DNA of 64,000 nt from Deltaproteobacteria bacterium (GTDB taxonomy: Bacteria; Myxococcota; Kuafuiibacteriia; Kuafuiibacteriales; Kuafuiibacteriaceae). Position 1 is the first letter of the stretch, and each line of letters begins with the position of its first letter. Under the pieces are notes generated by a model. The model was not told where the DNA came from. It worked only from the letters and a program-made list of their open reading frames with translations, and did no database searches. The position numbers and the translations under genes were made by a program. Shown here in pieces: positions 40,040-49,879 of the stretch. The stretch is taken from positions 128,001 to 192,000 of the forward strand of contig JAVJQW010000008.1 of assembly GCA_040218735.1 (NCBI GenBank), in the 5' to 3' direction.

Positions 40040-41755
40040 ATGACACGGTCTCACCTGATGCGCTTCGCTCTCAGTTCCCTCCTCGCTGGCGCGGTCGCTT
40101 GCAGCGGCGGCGAAGACGACGACGACACCACGAACCCGCCCCGGGACGGCGGCGTCACCAACACCGAACGGGACGGCGGCGAGCCTCCCCGCGACGGCGG
40201 CGAGCCGGAGCGCGACGCGGGCATGGAAGACCCGATCCTCGTCTCCATCACCGTGGAGCCCGACACCGCCACGCTCGACATCGGCGCGACGCAAGGCCTC
40301 ACCGTCACCGGCACCTACGACGACAGCACGTCGGCCATCCTCACCGACGGTGTGACCTACCGGTCCTCCGACGACCTCGTCGCGACGGTCTCCGCGATGG
40401 GTTTGATCACTGCGGTCGACGTCGGCTCCGCCACCATCACCGTTTCGATCGACGCGTTCGAGGCGACCGTGGCCGTGACCGTCAACGCGATGCCCCCGGA
40501 TGACGTCTTCGTCGTGTTCGACGATGACTTCGGCGCTGACATCACGTTCGCGGATTTCGGCGGCTCCAACAACATGTACGAGGTCGACAACGGCATGGCG
40601 ATGGCGGGGACGTCATCGCTGCGCGTCGAGGTGCCCGCAAAGGGTTACACGGGCGGTGCCTTCGCGATCGCCGCGCCGCAGGATCTCACGATGTTCAACG
40701 CGCTGACCTTCTGGGCGCGTTCGAGCTCCGACCTCCCGCTCAACGTCACGGGCATCGCCAACGACGGCAACACCAACGTCTACCAGGCGGAGCTGAACGC
40801 CGTGCCGCTCACCGCCACGTGGACTCAGTTCGTGATTCCGATCCCGGACTCCTCGCGTCTGAGCGCGGTCAACGGACTCTTCCACTTCGCGGAGGGTTCC
40901 GAGGACGGTGCGTACACCATCTGGTTCGACCAGATTCAGTACGAAGTCATCGAGGCGTCGCGGCTCGGGACGCCGATGCCGGCCATCGCCACCGAGACGA
41001 TCATGCGTGACGTGGGTGCGACCTTCAACATCAACGGGACCTCGGTGACGACGCCGGTCGACGGCAATAACGTCACGATCTCGGCGCGGCCCCCCTACTT
41101 CACGTTCGCCTCTTCCATGCCTTCGGTCGCCACCGTCGACGCGATGGGGGTGGGTACGACGCTCGCGGAGGGCTCGACCGACATCACCGGCACACTCGCG
41201 GGCGTCGCCGCGGCCGGCACGCTCACCGTCAACGTGGCCGCACCGACGGTACCCACCGTCGCCGCGCCGACGCCGACGGTCCCCGCTGGCAACGTGATTT
41301 CGCTGTACAGCAACGCGTACACCAACTCGACGATCGACACGTGGTCCGCCGTCTGGGACAGCGCTGACGTCGCGGACGTGCAGGTCGCCGGCGACGACAA
41401 CAAGCTGTACACGAACCTCGTGTTCGCGGGCATCGAGTTCGTCGGTGGAAACTCGATCGACGCTTCGGCGATGACGCACTTCCACATGGACATCTGGACG
41501 GCGGACTCGACGGTGTTCCGCGTGAAGCTCGTCGACTTCGGCGCGGACAACGCCTTTGGCGGTGGTGACGACACGGAGCACGAGCTCACGTTCGACGGTG
41601 CCTCCACGCCGCCGCTCGCGACCGGTCAGTGGATGCAGCTCGAGCTTCCCATGACGGACTTCGTGAACCTCGCGAACGCCGCGAACATCTCGCAGATCGT
41701 CATCGTGGGTTCGACGAGCACCGTCTACGTCGACAACGTGTACTTCCATAACTGA
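40040..41755 (+). CDS. Surface lipoprotein with Ig-like (Big_2) and carbohydrate-binding-like domains
   Basis: Lipobox AVAC; RDGG linker; SITVEP...YRSSDDLVATVS Big_2; jelly-roll-like ends IWFDQIQY and VYVDNVYF. Confidence 0.7.
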   Translation: MTRSHLMRFALSSLLAGAVACSGGEDDDDTTNPPRDGGVTNTERDGGEPPRDGGEPERDAGMEDPILVSITVEPDTATLDIGATQGLTVTGTYDDSTSAILTDGVTYRSSDDLVATVSAMGLITAVDVGSATITVSIDAFEATVAVTVNAMPPDDVFVVFDDDFGADITFADFGGSNNMYEVDNGMAMAGTSSLRVEVPAKGYTGGAFAIAAPQDLTMFNALTFWARSSSDLPLNVTGIANDGNTNVYQAELNAVPLTATWTQFVIPIPDSSRLSAVNGLFHFAEGSEDGAYTIWFDQIQYEVIEASRLGTPMPAIATETIMRDVGATFNINGTSVTTPVDGNNVTISARPPYFTFASSMPSVATVDAMGVGTTLAEGSTDITGTLAGVAAAGTLTVNVAAPTVPTVAAPTPTVPAGNVISLYSNAYTNSTIDTWSAVWDSADVADVQVAGDDNKLYTNLVFAGIEFVGGNSIDASAMTHFHMDIWTADSTVFRVKLVDFGADNAFGGGDDTEHELTFDGASTPPLATGQWMQLELPMTDFVNLANAANISQIVIVGSTSTVYVDNVYFHN

Positions 41756-41764
41756 GTCACCGCT

Positions 41765-43147
41765 GTGAAAGAGCTACGCTTCCCCGAATCGTTCGTGTGG
41801 GGCGTAGCCACGTCGGCGTTCCAGATCGAGGGCGCGACCGAGAAAGACGGTCGCGCCCCGTCGATCTGGGACACCTTCGCGGCTCGCCCGGGTCAGATCG
41901 CCGACGGGAGCGATGGCAAGGTGGCTTGCGACCACTACCATCGCTACCCCGAGGACGTCGGACTCATGAAGTCACTGGGCGTCGCCGCGTATCGGTTCAG
42001 CGTCGCGTGGCCGCGCATCCTCCCCAAGGGGCGCGGTCACGTGAACGCGGCCGGCCTCGACTTCTATGACCGCCTCGTCGACGAGCTCCTACGGGCCGGC
42101 ATCGACCCGTGGGTGACGCTCTATCACTGGGACCTCCCGCAGGCCCTCGAGGATCACGGCGGGTGGACGGAGCGCACCAGCGCGCACGCCTTCGTCGAGT
42201 ACGCGGACGTGGTCTCACGGCGCCTCGGCGACCGCGTGCAGCACTGGATCACGCACAACGAGCCGTGGTGCTCGAGTGTCCTCGGCTACGCGCAGGGGGA
42301 GCACGCGCCCGGCAAGCGCTCTTGGGCCGACGCGCTCGCCGCGTCGCATCATCTCTTGCTCGGGCACGGGTGGTCGGTCCCCGTGATTCGGTCCAACGCG
42401 CGGGGTGCGGAGGTCGGGATCACGCTGAACCTGACACACGTGGATCCCGCGAGTCCGAGTGAGCACGACGCGCACTTCGCGCGGGTCATCGACGGTGAGA
42501 TCAACCGGTGGTACCTCGACCCGCTGTTTCGGGGAGAATATCCCGCCGACATCATCGAGCATCACCGACGCGAGGGGCACATCTCGACGGACGAGCTGGA
42601 GTTCGTCGAGCTCGGCGACCTCAGCGTGATGCGTGCGCCCGTCGATTTCCTCGGCATCAACTACTACACCCGCGCGATCGCGCGGAGCCCGTGGGTCGAT
42701 GAAAGTGACAACCTCCCGCGGACCATCGAAGAGCCGTCGGACGACGTGCGATCCGACATGGGTTGGGAGCAGTGGCCCGACGGCCTTCAGAACCTCCTTC
42801 TTCGCGTGAACGACGAGTACACCCCGCCGAAGATCTACATCACCGAAAATGGCGCGGCGTTCTCGACCGGACCCGACGCCACGGGTCGCGTCCCCGACAC
42901 GCGCCGCCAGAGCTACGTCGAGGAACATCTGAGGGCTTGCCTCACCGCCATCGAAGCGGGCGTGCCGCTCGAGGGCTACTTCCTGTGGTCCCTCCTCGAC
43001 AACTTCGAGTGGGCCTATGGCTACGAGAAACGCTTTGGCATCGTATGGGTCGACTTCGAAACCCAGGAGCGCATCGTGAAGGACACCGGACACTGGTACG
43101 CGGACGTCATCCGCCGCAACGGTCTGACCGCGGAGCACGCAGCGTGA
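41765..43147 (+). CDS. GH1 beta-glucosidase (cytoplasmic)
   Basis: FVWGVATSAFQIEGA, TLYHWDLPQ, THNEP acid/base, ITENG nucleophile, DNFEW. Confidence 0.95.
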   Translation: MKELRFPESFVWGVATSAFQIEGATEKDGRAPSIWDTFAARPGQIADGSDGKVACDHYHRYPEDVGLMKSLGVAAYRFSVAWPRILPKGRGHVNAAGLDFYDRLVDELLRAGIDPWVTLYHWDLPQALEDHGGWTERTSAHAFVEYADVVSRRLGDRVQHWITHNEPWCSSVLGYAQGEHAPGKRSWADALAASHHLLLGHGWSVPVIRSNARGAEVGITLNLTHVDPASPSEHDAHFARVIDGEINRWYLDPLFRGEYPADIIEHHRREGHISTDELEFVELGDLSVMRAPVDFLGINYYTRAIARSPWVDESDNLPRTIEEPSDDVRSDMGWEQWPDGLQNLLLRVNDEYTPPKIYITENGAAFSTGPDATGRVPDTRRQSYVEEHLRACLTAIEAGVPLEGYFLWSLLDNFEWAYGYEKRFGIVWVDFETQERIVKDTGHWYADVIRRNGLTAEHAA

Positions 43148-46100
43148 TCCGCTCGTCCCTCGTCGCCATCGCCATCCTGACCTCCGCCCCGGCATGGGCA
43201 CAGTCGTCGACCAGCTCCACGACGACGACCGCGTCGGTCGCCGCCCGCCCACCGCCCGCCGAATCCCCGCCGGTTCGCCGCTTTCAACCCACCCCGCGCG
43301 CCGAAGGGGCCCCGCACGTCGTGAAGACGTACCGCGACGAGCGGGGCCACCTCCTCCTCGTCGACGGCGTCCCCACGATGGTCTACGGGATGAACTGGGG
43401 CTACATGCCCATCGGCGAGAACTACTCGTACGACTTCTGGGGCAAGTCCGATGACTTCATCCGGGAGGCCCTCGACGCGGAGATTTCTCTGCTCCGCAAG
43501 ATGGGGATCAACGTCATCCGCCAGTACATCGGAATCCCCGCGAAGTGGATTCGGTACATCTACGAGAAACACGGAATCTTCACGGTCCTCAACCACCCCA
43601 TCGGCCGCTACGGCATGAACATCGACGGGGTCTGGGTGAGCCCCGTGGACTACTCCGACGAGCGAATGCGCGAAGTCATCCACGAAGAGATCGATGCGCT
43701 CGTCCGAAAGTACAAGGACGTCCCCGGCTTGATGATGTGGATGCTCGGGAACGAGAACAACTACGGCCTGTATTGGAAGTCGACGGAGATCGAAGACCTC
43801 CCCGAGGAGCAACAAGGCGATATCCGGGCGAAGTATCTGTACTCGCTGTTCGGCGAAGTCATCGATCGGATCCACAACCTCGACAGCAACCACCCGGTCG
43901 TCATCGCCAACGGCGACGTCGGGTTCATCGATGTCATCGCCGAGGAGTGCAAGAACGTCGACATCATGGGTTCGAACGTCTACCGCGGCGCCTCGTCGCG
44001 CGACCTCTTCGAAGTCATCGAGAAGAAGCTCGGCGTCCCGTTCATGTACACGGAGTTCGGCTCCGATGCGTTCGACGCCAAACGGATGCGTGAGGACCAC
44101 CTCGCACAGGCGGAGTACCTGCGGCTTCAGTGGCAGGAGATCTACGAACAGTCGTACGGCCACGGGAACGTAGGCAACGCGATCGGCGGGATGATCTTCC
44201 AGTGGAGTGACGGGTGGTGGAAGTACAAACAGACCGAGAACCTCGACGTCCACGACGAGACCGCCTCCTGGGCCACCGGCGCGTACCCCCACGACTACGT
44301 GGAGGGGCAGAACAACATGAACGAGGAGTGGTTCGGTATCGCGGCGAAGGGGCGCAACGACGAGCGCGGGCTCTACGAGGTCTACCCGCGGAGCGCCTAT
44401 TACCTGCTGCGCGAGGCCTTCCGCCTCGACCCCTACGCACCCTCCACGACCAACGAGAGGATCCGCGAGGTCTTCGGCGCCCTCGATCCGAAGGACTTCC
44501 AAGCGCGCTACGAAGCCACGCAGCTACGCTCGAAGATCGACTTCCTGGAGCGCGTCCGGCTCTCCCAGCTTCGGCTCGATCTCATGACCTTCACGACGGG
44601 TGGAAAGAACCTCAACATCGACGAACGCGAGCCGCGTCGCTTCGACCACCTCCAGTCCGCCTACGTGGGCATCGAGGCGCGCCCCGCCTCAGGCGTCCGT
44701 GCGGACGCTACGGTCAACGTCCTCGGCAACGTCGCGGTCAACCCCATCGACGAGATCTACTTCGAGCGCCGCGGGATCCCGGAAGAGGTTCGCAACACGG
44801 CCGGGGAGGAGGTCGTCCTGACCAGTCTCGAGCGTGTGAAACTCTACCAAGCATCCTTCGAGTGGGAGAACGACTGGTTCGCGGTCGAGGGCTACTATCG
44901 CAAGGGGCACTACCATTGGGGTTACGAGGGTGACTTCTTCGGGCTCTACCCGGAGGCCAACTACGAGCAAGCCGTCGATCAGTTCAACGCCGACACACCC
45001 AGCGGTGTCGTCTTCACCGGTAAGAAGGCGTTGGACGGCCTCAAGATCGCGTTCGGTCCGCAGCTCTACTGGGGCGCGAACCCAACGGTCATCTCGAAGT
45101 ACTACCGAACGATCGGCGACTGGGAGTTTTCTCTCATCCACCAGGAGGACATCGCCCAGCAGGCCTCCGCGCTGACCAGCTCGATCATCCCGCAGCCTCG
45201 AACGCGAAAGTCGACGATCTACGCAGCGCGCGAGTGGGGGCCGCTCAAACTTCAGGTCGGTGGAATCATGGCGGGTACGGACCGGCTGGGCCGTCGCTAC
45301 GTCTCCATCGAAGAGGCCGCCGAACCCACGTATCTCGAGTCAGGCTACTACGTGCTCGACGACGAGATCGAGCTGATCGACACCCTCGGCGCCAAGGCGC
45401 GCGTCACGCTCAACCTCAACCCCTTCTACTGGTACGTCCAGGGTGGCTACCGCGGGTTGGTCGCCGATGCGGGTGGTGACTGGTCCCTCAACATCACGAA
45501 CTGGTCGATGAAGGAGAGCGGGCAGGGCAACCACTGGGCGGTCTCGAGCGGCGCCGCGATGTACCTGGGTGACTTCGTCGTCGCGCCCAACTTCCTGTTC
45601 CAGAAGCCACTGGAGGGACCGCTGGTTCAGATCGAAGACGCGTTCGATCCGAACACCGGCACCTACTACCGCGGTGTCCTACCCAGAAACCAACTCAACG
45701 ATCCCTTCTGGGTTCGCTCCAACCGCGAAACCTACGGTTTCGAGCTCCTCCTCGCCTTCGATCCCACCCCCGACACGTTCATGTGGGCGTGGGACAACCT
45801 CCAGCGCGAGAACGCCTTCTTCACCGCTGCGCTCGACTTCACCTACAAGGTCCATCCCACGAGTCAGGATGCGGCGGTGGCCGTGGCGCAGGAGGGGTTC
45901 GTCTTCGCCTTCGCCGGGGCTGCTCCGGCTCGGAACCTCTGGGATGTGAGCCTCCGGACGATCTTCAACTTCCGCTCCGACATGCAGTGGGTCAACTGGC
46001 TCTACTCGGGCCGCGGGCAGGCGAACGGCGACGACGATCGCCTCGTCGTGCGGTACGGAACCTACGGTCGGTTCCGTTGGGATCAATTCGTCGCGCAGTA

Positions 46101-46359
46101 CCACGTCCGGCTCCACGACTGGGGCCCGTTCGATTACTACCGCGACTTCAACCTGACGTTCCCGCTCCAGACGTTGCTCGACATGAGCTACGCGTTGCAG
46201 ACGCCCGACTGGTTCGCGATCTCGCAGACGCGCCTCGGGCTGCGGGGTAAGTTCAGGTTGCTCGATGAGAACTCGGGGCGCTTCCAAGCCGACCCCGACG
46301 ATCCCGACGCGTTCGGCCAGGAGTGGGAGGTGCTCACCTATGTGCAGATCTCGATTTGA
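43144..46359 (+). CDS. Clan GH-A (GH2/GH158-like TIM barrel) glycoside hydrolase fused to a predicted outer-membrane beta-barrel
   Basis: Signal peptide; MGINVIRQY, WMLGNENN, YTEFG, FQWSDGWWK, NEEWFGI; about 600 aa of aromatic-rich amphipathic strands ending EVLTYVQISI; GTG overlaps the GH1 stop. Confidence 0.7.
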   Translation: MIRSSLVAIAILTSAPAWAQSSTSSTTTTASVAARPPPAESPPVRRFQPTPRAEGAPHVVKTYRDERGHLLLVDGVPTMVYGMNWGYMPIGENYSYDFWGKSDDFIREALDAEISLLRKMGINVIRQYIGIPAKWIRYIYEKHGIFTVLNHPIGRYGMNIDGVWVSPVDYSDERMREVIHEEIDALVRKYKDVPGLMMWMLGNENNYGLYWKSTEIEDLPEEQQGDIRAKYLYSLFGEVIDRIHNLDSNHPVVIANGDVGFIDVIAEECKNVDIMGSNVYRGASSRDLFEVIEKKLGVPFMYTEFGSDAFDAKRMREDHLAQAEYLRLQWQEIYEQSYGHGNVGNAIGGMIFQWSDGWWKYKQTENLDVHDETASWATGAYPHDYVEGQNNMNEEWFGIAAKGRNDERGLYEVYPRSAYYLLREAFRLDPYAPSTTNERIREVFGALDPKDFQARYEATQLRSKIDFLERVRLSQLRLDLMTFTTGGKNLNIDEREPRRFDHLQSAYVGIEARPASGVRADATVNVLGNVAVNPIDEIYFERRGIPEEVRNTAGEEVVLTSLERVKLYQASFEWENDWFAVEGYYRKGHYHWGYEGDFFGLYPEANYEQAVDQFNADTPSGVVFTGKKALDGLKIAFGPQLYWGANPTVISKYYRTIGDWEFSLIHQEDIAQQASALTSSIIPQPRTRKSTIYAAREWGPLKLQVGGIMAGTDRLGRRYVSIEEAAEPTYLESGYYVLDDEIELIDTLGAKARVTLNLNPFYWYVQGGYRGLVADAGGDWSLNITNWSMKESGQGNHWAVSSGAAMYLGDFVVAPNFLFQKPLEGPLVQIEDAFDPNTGTYYRGVLPRNQLNDPFWVRSNRETYGFELLLAFDPTPDTFMWAWDNLQRENAFFTAALDFTYKVHPTSQDAAVAVAQEGFVFAFAGAAPARNLWDVSLRTIFNFRSDMQWVNWLYSGRGQANGDDDRLVVRYGTYGRFRWDQFVAQYHVRLHDWGPFDYYRDFNLTFPLQTLLDMSYALQTPDWFAISQTRLGLRGKFRLLDENSGRFQADPDDPDAFGQEWEVLTYVQISI

Positions 46360-46963
46360 CGCCGTCTGGCTCCTTCCGGCGGTCATCGCCCTCCTCGCGG
46401 GGTGTGAGCTCGATCCGCAGCGCTATCGCTACGGCGAGAACATCACCGGGCTCCAGTTCGAGTACTTCGACGAGACCGAAGGGGTGCATCCGAGCCAGGT
46501 CGTCCTGCTGAACCCGAACAACCCATTCGTCGAGGCCCCGATCGGCGCCGAAACGAAGTTCGACCTGCTCACGGGGGGCGGAAACGCCGCCGGCTTCTAC
46601 GCGTGGGCCACGCTCCTCGCGACGGGCGCGAACGGCGAGAATCAGTTCTACGCGGCGACCAAGCTCCGCGACGTCTACTACGCGAACGAGGTGCCGCCCG
46701 AGGACTCCGAGAAGGTCCGCCTCCTCGCGATCGCCGCGTTTCAGTCGGTGCTCGACAACTTCCCGGACTCGGTGACCTTCGACGCGTCGGGCACGATCCC
46801 GTTCCCGCTCGCGACGCCCGCCTTCCAGGCGATCGTCGACCTCAACGGGCGACCCGAGGGTGACTGGGCGCTCGTGCAGGACGTGAACGGGAACCCCGTC
46901 GCCGTGAAGCGCGCGGGCGTCGATATCCCCCGCACCGTTGTGGAGGAGGAGGACGACTCTTGA
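46340..46963 (+). CDS. Hypothetical lipoprotein
   Basis: Lipobox LLAGC; overlaps the upstream gene by 20 bp. Confidence 0.7.
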   Translation: MCRSRFDAVWLLPAVIALLAGCELDPQRYRYGENITGLQFEYFDETEGVHPSQVVLLNPNNPFVEAPIGAETKFDLLTGGGNAAGFYAWATLLATGANGENQFYAATKLRDVYYANEVPPEDSEKVRLLAIAAFQSVLDNFPDSVTFDASGTIPFPLATPAFQAIVDLNGRPEGDWALVQDVNGNPVAVKRAGVDIPRTVVEEEDDS

Positions 46964-47631
46964 GGTACGTCAACGCAGCCTGCGTGGCACTGCTCGTCAC
47001 GAGCGCGTGCCGACTCGACCCCGGAACGCCCGACTATTCGGGCCACGTCGGACTGTTCGAGCCGGACGGCGACACGGAGCCCGTCGATGGGCCCGACCCC
47101 TACGAACCCGGCGAGGCGCGCCTCGCGTTCGGGTTGTTCTACGAGGGCGGGTTCTCGGACGTCATCGCGAGCAACGGAACGACCATCAACTACTTCATCT
47201 TCGTCATCGAGGGGACGTCCCAACTCACCTACGCGCAGGAGCCCTCGGACGATCGGGTCGAGGGGGTCGTGTCGGATCAAATCACCCTGGAGGGGACGCC
47301 GTTCTGGGGCGGCGGGTTCGTCTGGAACGAACCCATCGACATCTCGGAGTGGACTACGATGTACGTGAGTTTCAAGTCGAGCGACCCCTCGTTCGAAACC
47401 TTCGACCTTCAGGTACAATCGGGCGCGGGGGCCGCGGCCACCAACCTCGACCCGCGCGACTACGGCTACGTCAACGACGGCGAGTGGCACAACCTGGCCA
47501 TCCCCGTGCAGGACTTCGTCGCGGCCGGGTTCGACCCGGCCCAGACGCGTTCGCCGTTCATCCTCGCGTCCCCCGGAGGAGACGCGGGTGACGTGCTGCT
47601 GGTCGACAACCTCTACTACACGCAGGACTGA
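46960..47631 (+). CDS. Lipoprotein with galactose-binding-like/CBM-like domain
   Basis: Lipobox TSAC; WGGGF...DISEW...DGEWHNLAIPVQDF...VDNLYY. Confidence 0.65.
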   Translation: MRYVNAACVALLVTSACRLDPGTPDYSGHVGLFEPDGDTEPVDGPDPYEPGEARLAFGLFYEGGFSDVIASNGTTINYFIFVIEGTSQLTYAQEPSDDRVEGVVSDQITLEGTPFWGGGFVWNEPIDISEWTTMYVSFKSSDPSFETFDLQVQSGAGAAATNLDPRDYGYVNDGEWHNLAIPVQDFVAAGFDPAQTRSPFILASPGGDAGDVLLVDNLYYTQD

Positions 47632-47633
47632 AG

Positions 47634-49052
47634 TCAGGCCGCTCCGCGGCGCTGTTCCAACTCGCCCCGAATCTCCAGCGCTCGGTCTTCGGTGATCTCG
47701 TACCGAGCAATGAGCCAGATCGCGATCATCGAAGTCGCGGCAGGGATGAATGCGTCGAAGGCTCGCATCAGCATGATCGCCTCCGACGTCTGCTGGCCGT
47801 CGAGCTCGACGTCGAAGCCGGTGGCGTTGAGCAGGAAGCCGCCAGCGGCGAGCGCCGCCGCCATACCGAGCTTCACGACCCACCAGAAGATCGAGCCGAA
47901 CATCCCCTCCCGGCGCTGCGCGGTCTCGAGCTCGTCGAGGTCGACGACGTCCGCCACCATCGAAGGCATCAGCGTGAACAGGCCGCCGAGCCCGAACGCG
48001 AGGAAGGGCGCCGGCAGCACCACGAGCCACGGGTTGTTCGGGTCGTAGCAGAACCACTTCATGATGTAACCGAGCACGGACACGCCGGTCGTCAGGAAGA
48101 AGGCGCGCCGCTTTCCGAGCTTCGTGCCGAGGGCGGTGGCGATGATGATGACGACGAACGTCGAGACCGCGGAGAGACTCCCGGCGTAACCCGCGTACTC
48201 CGCTCCGGCGACTTTGTCGCCGCCGCACACGTAATAGATGATCACGTAGGACTGAAACGAAGAGATCAGCATGAAGCCGTTGAAGACGAGGAACGTCGCC
48301 CCGCACAGCTTCTGAAAGGGTCGGAACTTAAGCGTTGCACCGAATCCCTTGAAGAAACTCACGAGCTCTTCCCCGAGCCTCTTCTTGGCGCGCTCCGCTT
48401 TGGCGGGGCCGAGGCGCTCCCGGAGGAAGAGCGCCGGTAGAACGCCGATGCCCATCGTGACGACGCCGATGATGACGGCGAGACCGGCCGCGCCGTCCAT
48501 CATGTCGTCGAAGTAGTCCTCGGCCTGCATGAAGGCGAGGAACCAGGGCGACACCACGTACGCGAGCTGCCCGAGGAAGTTCTGGACGCCCATGAGGCGA
48601 GTGCGTTCGTGGTAGTCGGGCGTCAGCTCGTAGCCGAGCGCGACCCAGGGCGTCGCGTACATCGTGTACGCGAGGTAGAAGACGATGGATCCTGCGAGGA
48701 AGTAGACGAAGTAGAAGGTCTCGCTCTTGTCGCTCGGGAACTGCCAAAGAAGGATGAAGACCACGCCCGCGGCGAGCGCCCCGATGAAGATGTACGGGCG
48801 CCGGCGCCCCCACTTCGACTGGGTCTGGTCCGACACGTAACCCATGAGCGGGTCGGTCAGCGCGTCGGTGAGGCGGGGCAGCGCGCCGAGGAGTCCGACG
48901 AGCGCTGGGTTCATGCCGAGCCCGAGGTTCAGCACGATCGTCATCCCACCGATCGCCGCTGCGAGTAAGTTGTTGATGAGTGCGCCGAGGCCGTAGATCA
49001 GCTTGGCGGCGAAGGTGATTCGGTCTTCGGGGCGCGTCGTGTGGTCGCTCAT
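47634..49052 (-). CDS. MFS transporter, glycoside-pentoside-hexuronide (GPH) family
   Basis: DALTDPLMGYVSDQTQSKWGRRRPY, ELTPDYHERT, ADVVDLDE...RREG. Confidence 0.92.
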   Translation of the reverse strand: MSDHTTRPEDRITFAAKLIYGLGALINNLLAAAIGGMTIVLNLGLGMNPALVGLLGALPRLTDALTDPLMGYVSDQTQSKWGRRRPYIFIGALAAGVVFILLWQFPSDKSETFYFVYFLAGSIVFYLAYTMYATPWVALGYELTPDYHERTRLMGVQNFLGQLAYVVSPWFLAFMQAEDYFDDMMDGAAGLAVIIGVVTMGIGVLPALFLRERLGPAKAERAKKRLGEELVSFFKGFGATLKFRPFQKLCGATFLVFNGFMLISSFQSYVIIYYVCGGDKVAGAEYAGYAGSLSAVSTFVVIIIATALGTKLGKRRAFFLTTGVSVLGYIMKWFCYDPNNPWLVVLPAPFLAFGLGGLFTLMPSMVADVVDLDELETAQRREGMFGSIFWWVVKLGMAAALAAGGFLLNATGFDVELDGQQTSEAIMLMRAFDAFIPAATSMIAIWLIARYEITEDRALEIRGELEQRRGAA

Positions 49053-49879
49053 CGAGGCGCCCGCTCGAACACGCGCACGTAATCGACGAGCATCTCGGCG
49101 GGGAAGACGGTGTCCGAACCGACGGGCCCGACGAAGCTGCCGCCGACCGCAACGTTGAGCAGGAGGAAGAACGGGTGATCGAACACCCAGTCACCACGCG
49201 CTTGGACCTCGGGGGTCGTGACGACCTGATAGACGACGTCGTCGACCAGGAACGCGATTCGCCCCGGATCCCACTCCACGGCAAAGATGTGGAAGTCATC
49301 CGTGAAGCTCTCGTCCTCGGGGAGCGCGAACTTACTCGTAATGGGGCTGCCCCCCGAGTAGCCGGGTCCGTGCAGCGTGCCGTGGACGACGCGCGGCTCT
49401 TGGCCGCGGAACTCCATGATGTCGATCTCACCCGCGCGGGGCCAGTCCGTCTCGGGGAAGTTCGCGCCCAGCATCCAGAACGCGGGCCAGATGCCCTGCC
49501 CCGGGGGGAGCTTGATGCGCGCTTCGAAGCGCCCGTACTTCTGCTCCACCAGGCCCTTGGACTTGATGCGCCCCGAGGTATACGCGCGGCCCATGTAGTC
49601 TTCTTCGCGGGCGACGATGCGGAGGTTTCCGTTGCCGTCGTGGGAGACGTTCTCGGTGCGGTCGGTGTCGAACTCGAGCTGGTTGTTGCCCCACCCGTCG
49701 CCGCCGACGTCGAAGGTCCACATCGCGGGATCCGGCGACGTGCCTTCGGCGCCGTCGAACTCGTCGTACATCGTCACGATCCAGGACACGGGTGGCTCCA
49801 CGACCGGACCTTCTCCAATCTCACATCCCACGATGCTCGCGGCGATGACGACGACCCACGGCTTGAAACCAACCATCAT
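49049..49879 (-). CDS. GH16 laminarinase-like endo-beta-1,3-glucanase, probable lipoprotein
   Basis: GWGNNQLE, GIWPAFWMLG, WPRAGEIDIME catalytic motif, LNVAVGG; lipobox IVGC. Confidence 0.92.
   Translation of the reverse strand: MMVGFKPWVVVIAASIVGCEIGEGPVVEPPVSWIVTMYDEFDGAEGTSPDPAMWTFDVGGDGWGNNQLEFDTDRTENVSHDGNGNLRIVAREEDYMGRAYTSGRIKSKGLVEQKYGRFEARIKLPPGQGIWPAFWMLGANFPETDWPRAGEIDIMEFRGQEPRVVHGTLHGPGYSGGSPITSKFALPEDESFTDDFHIFAVEWDPGRIAFLVDDVVYQVVTTPEVQARGDWVFDHPFFLLLNVAVGGSFVGPVGSDTVFPAEMLVDYVRVFERAPR

Noticed and set aside
42763-43143. N-terminal extensions in the ORF track (also for the TolC, RsgA, sulfotransferase, EamA and sterol reductase ORFs)
   Set aside because: They overlap neighbouring genes; starts at coupled GTGA/ATGA/TTGA junctions or signal peptides fit better.
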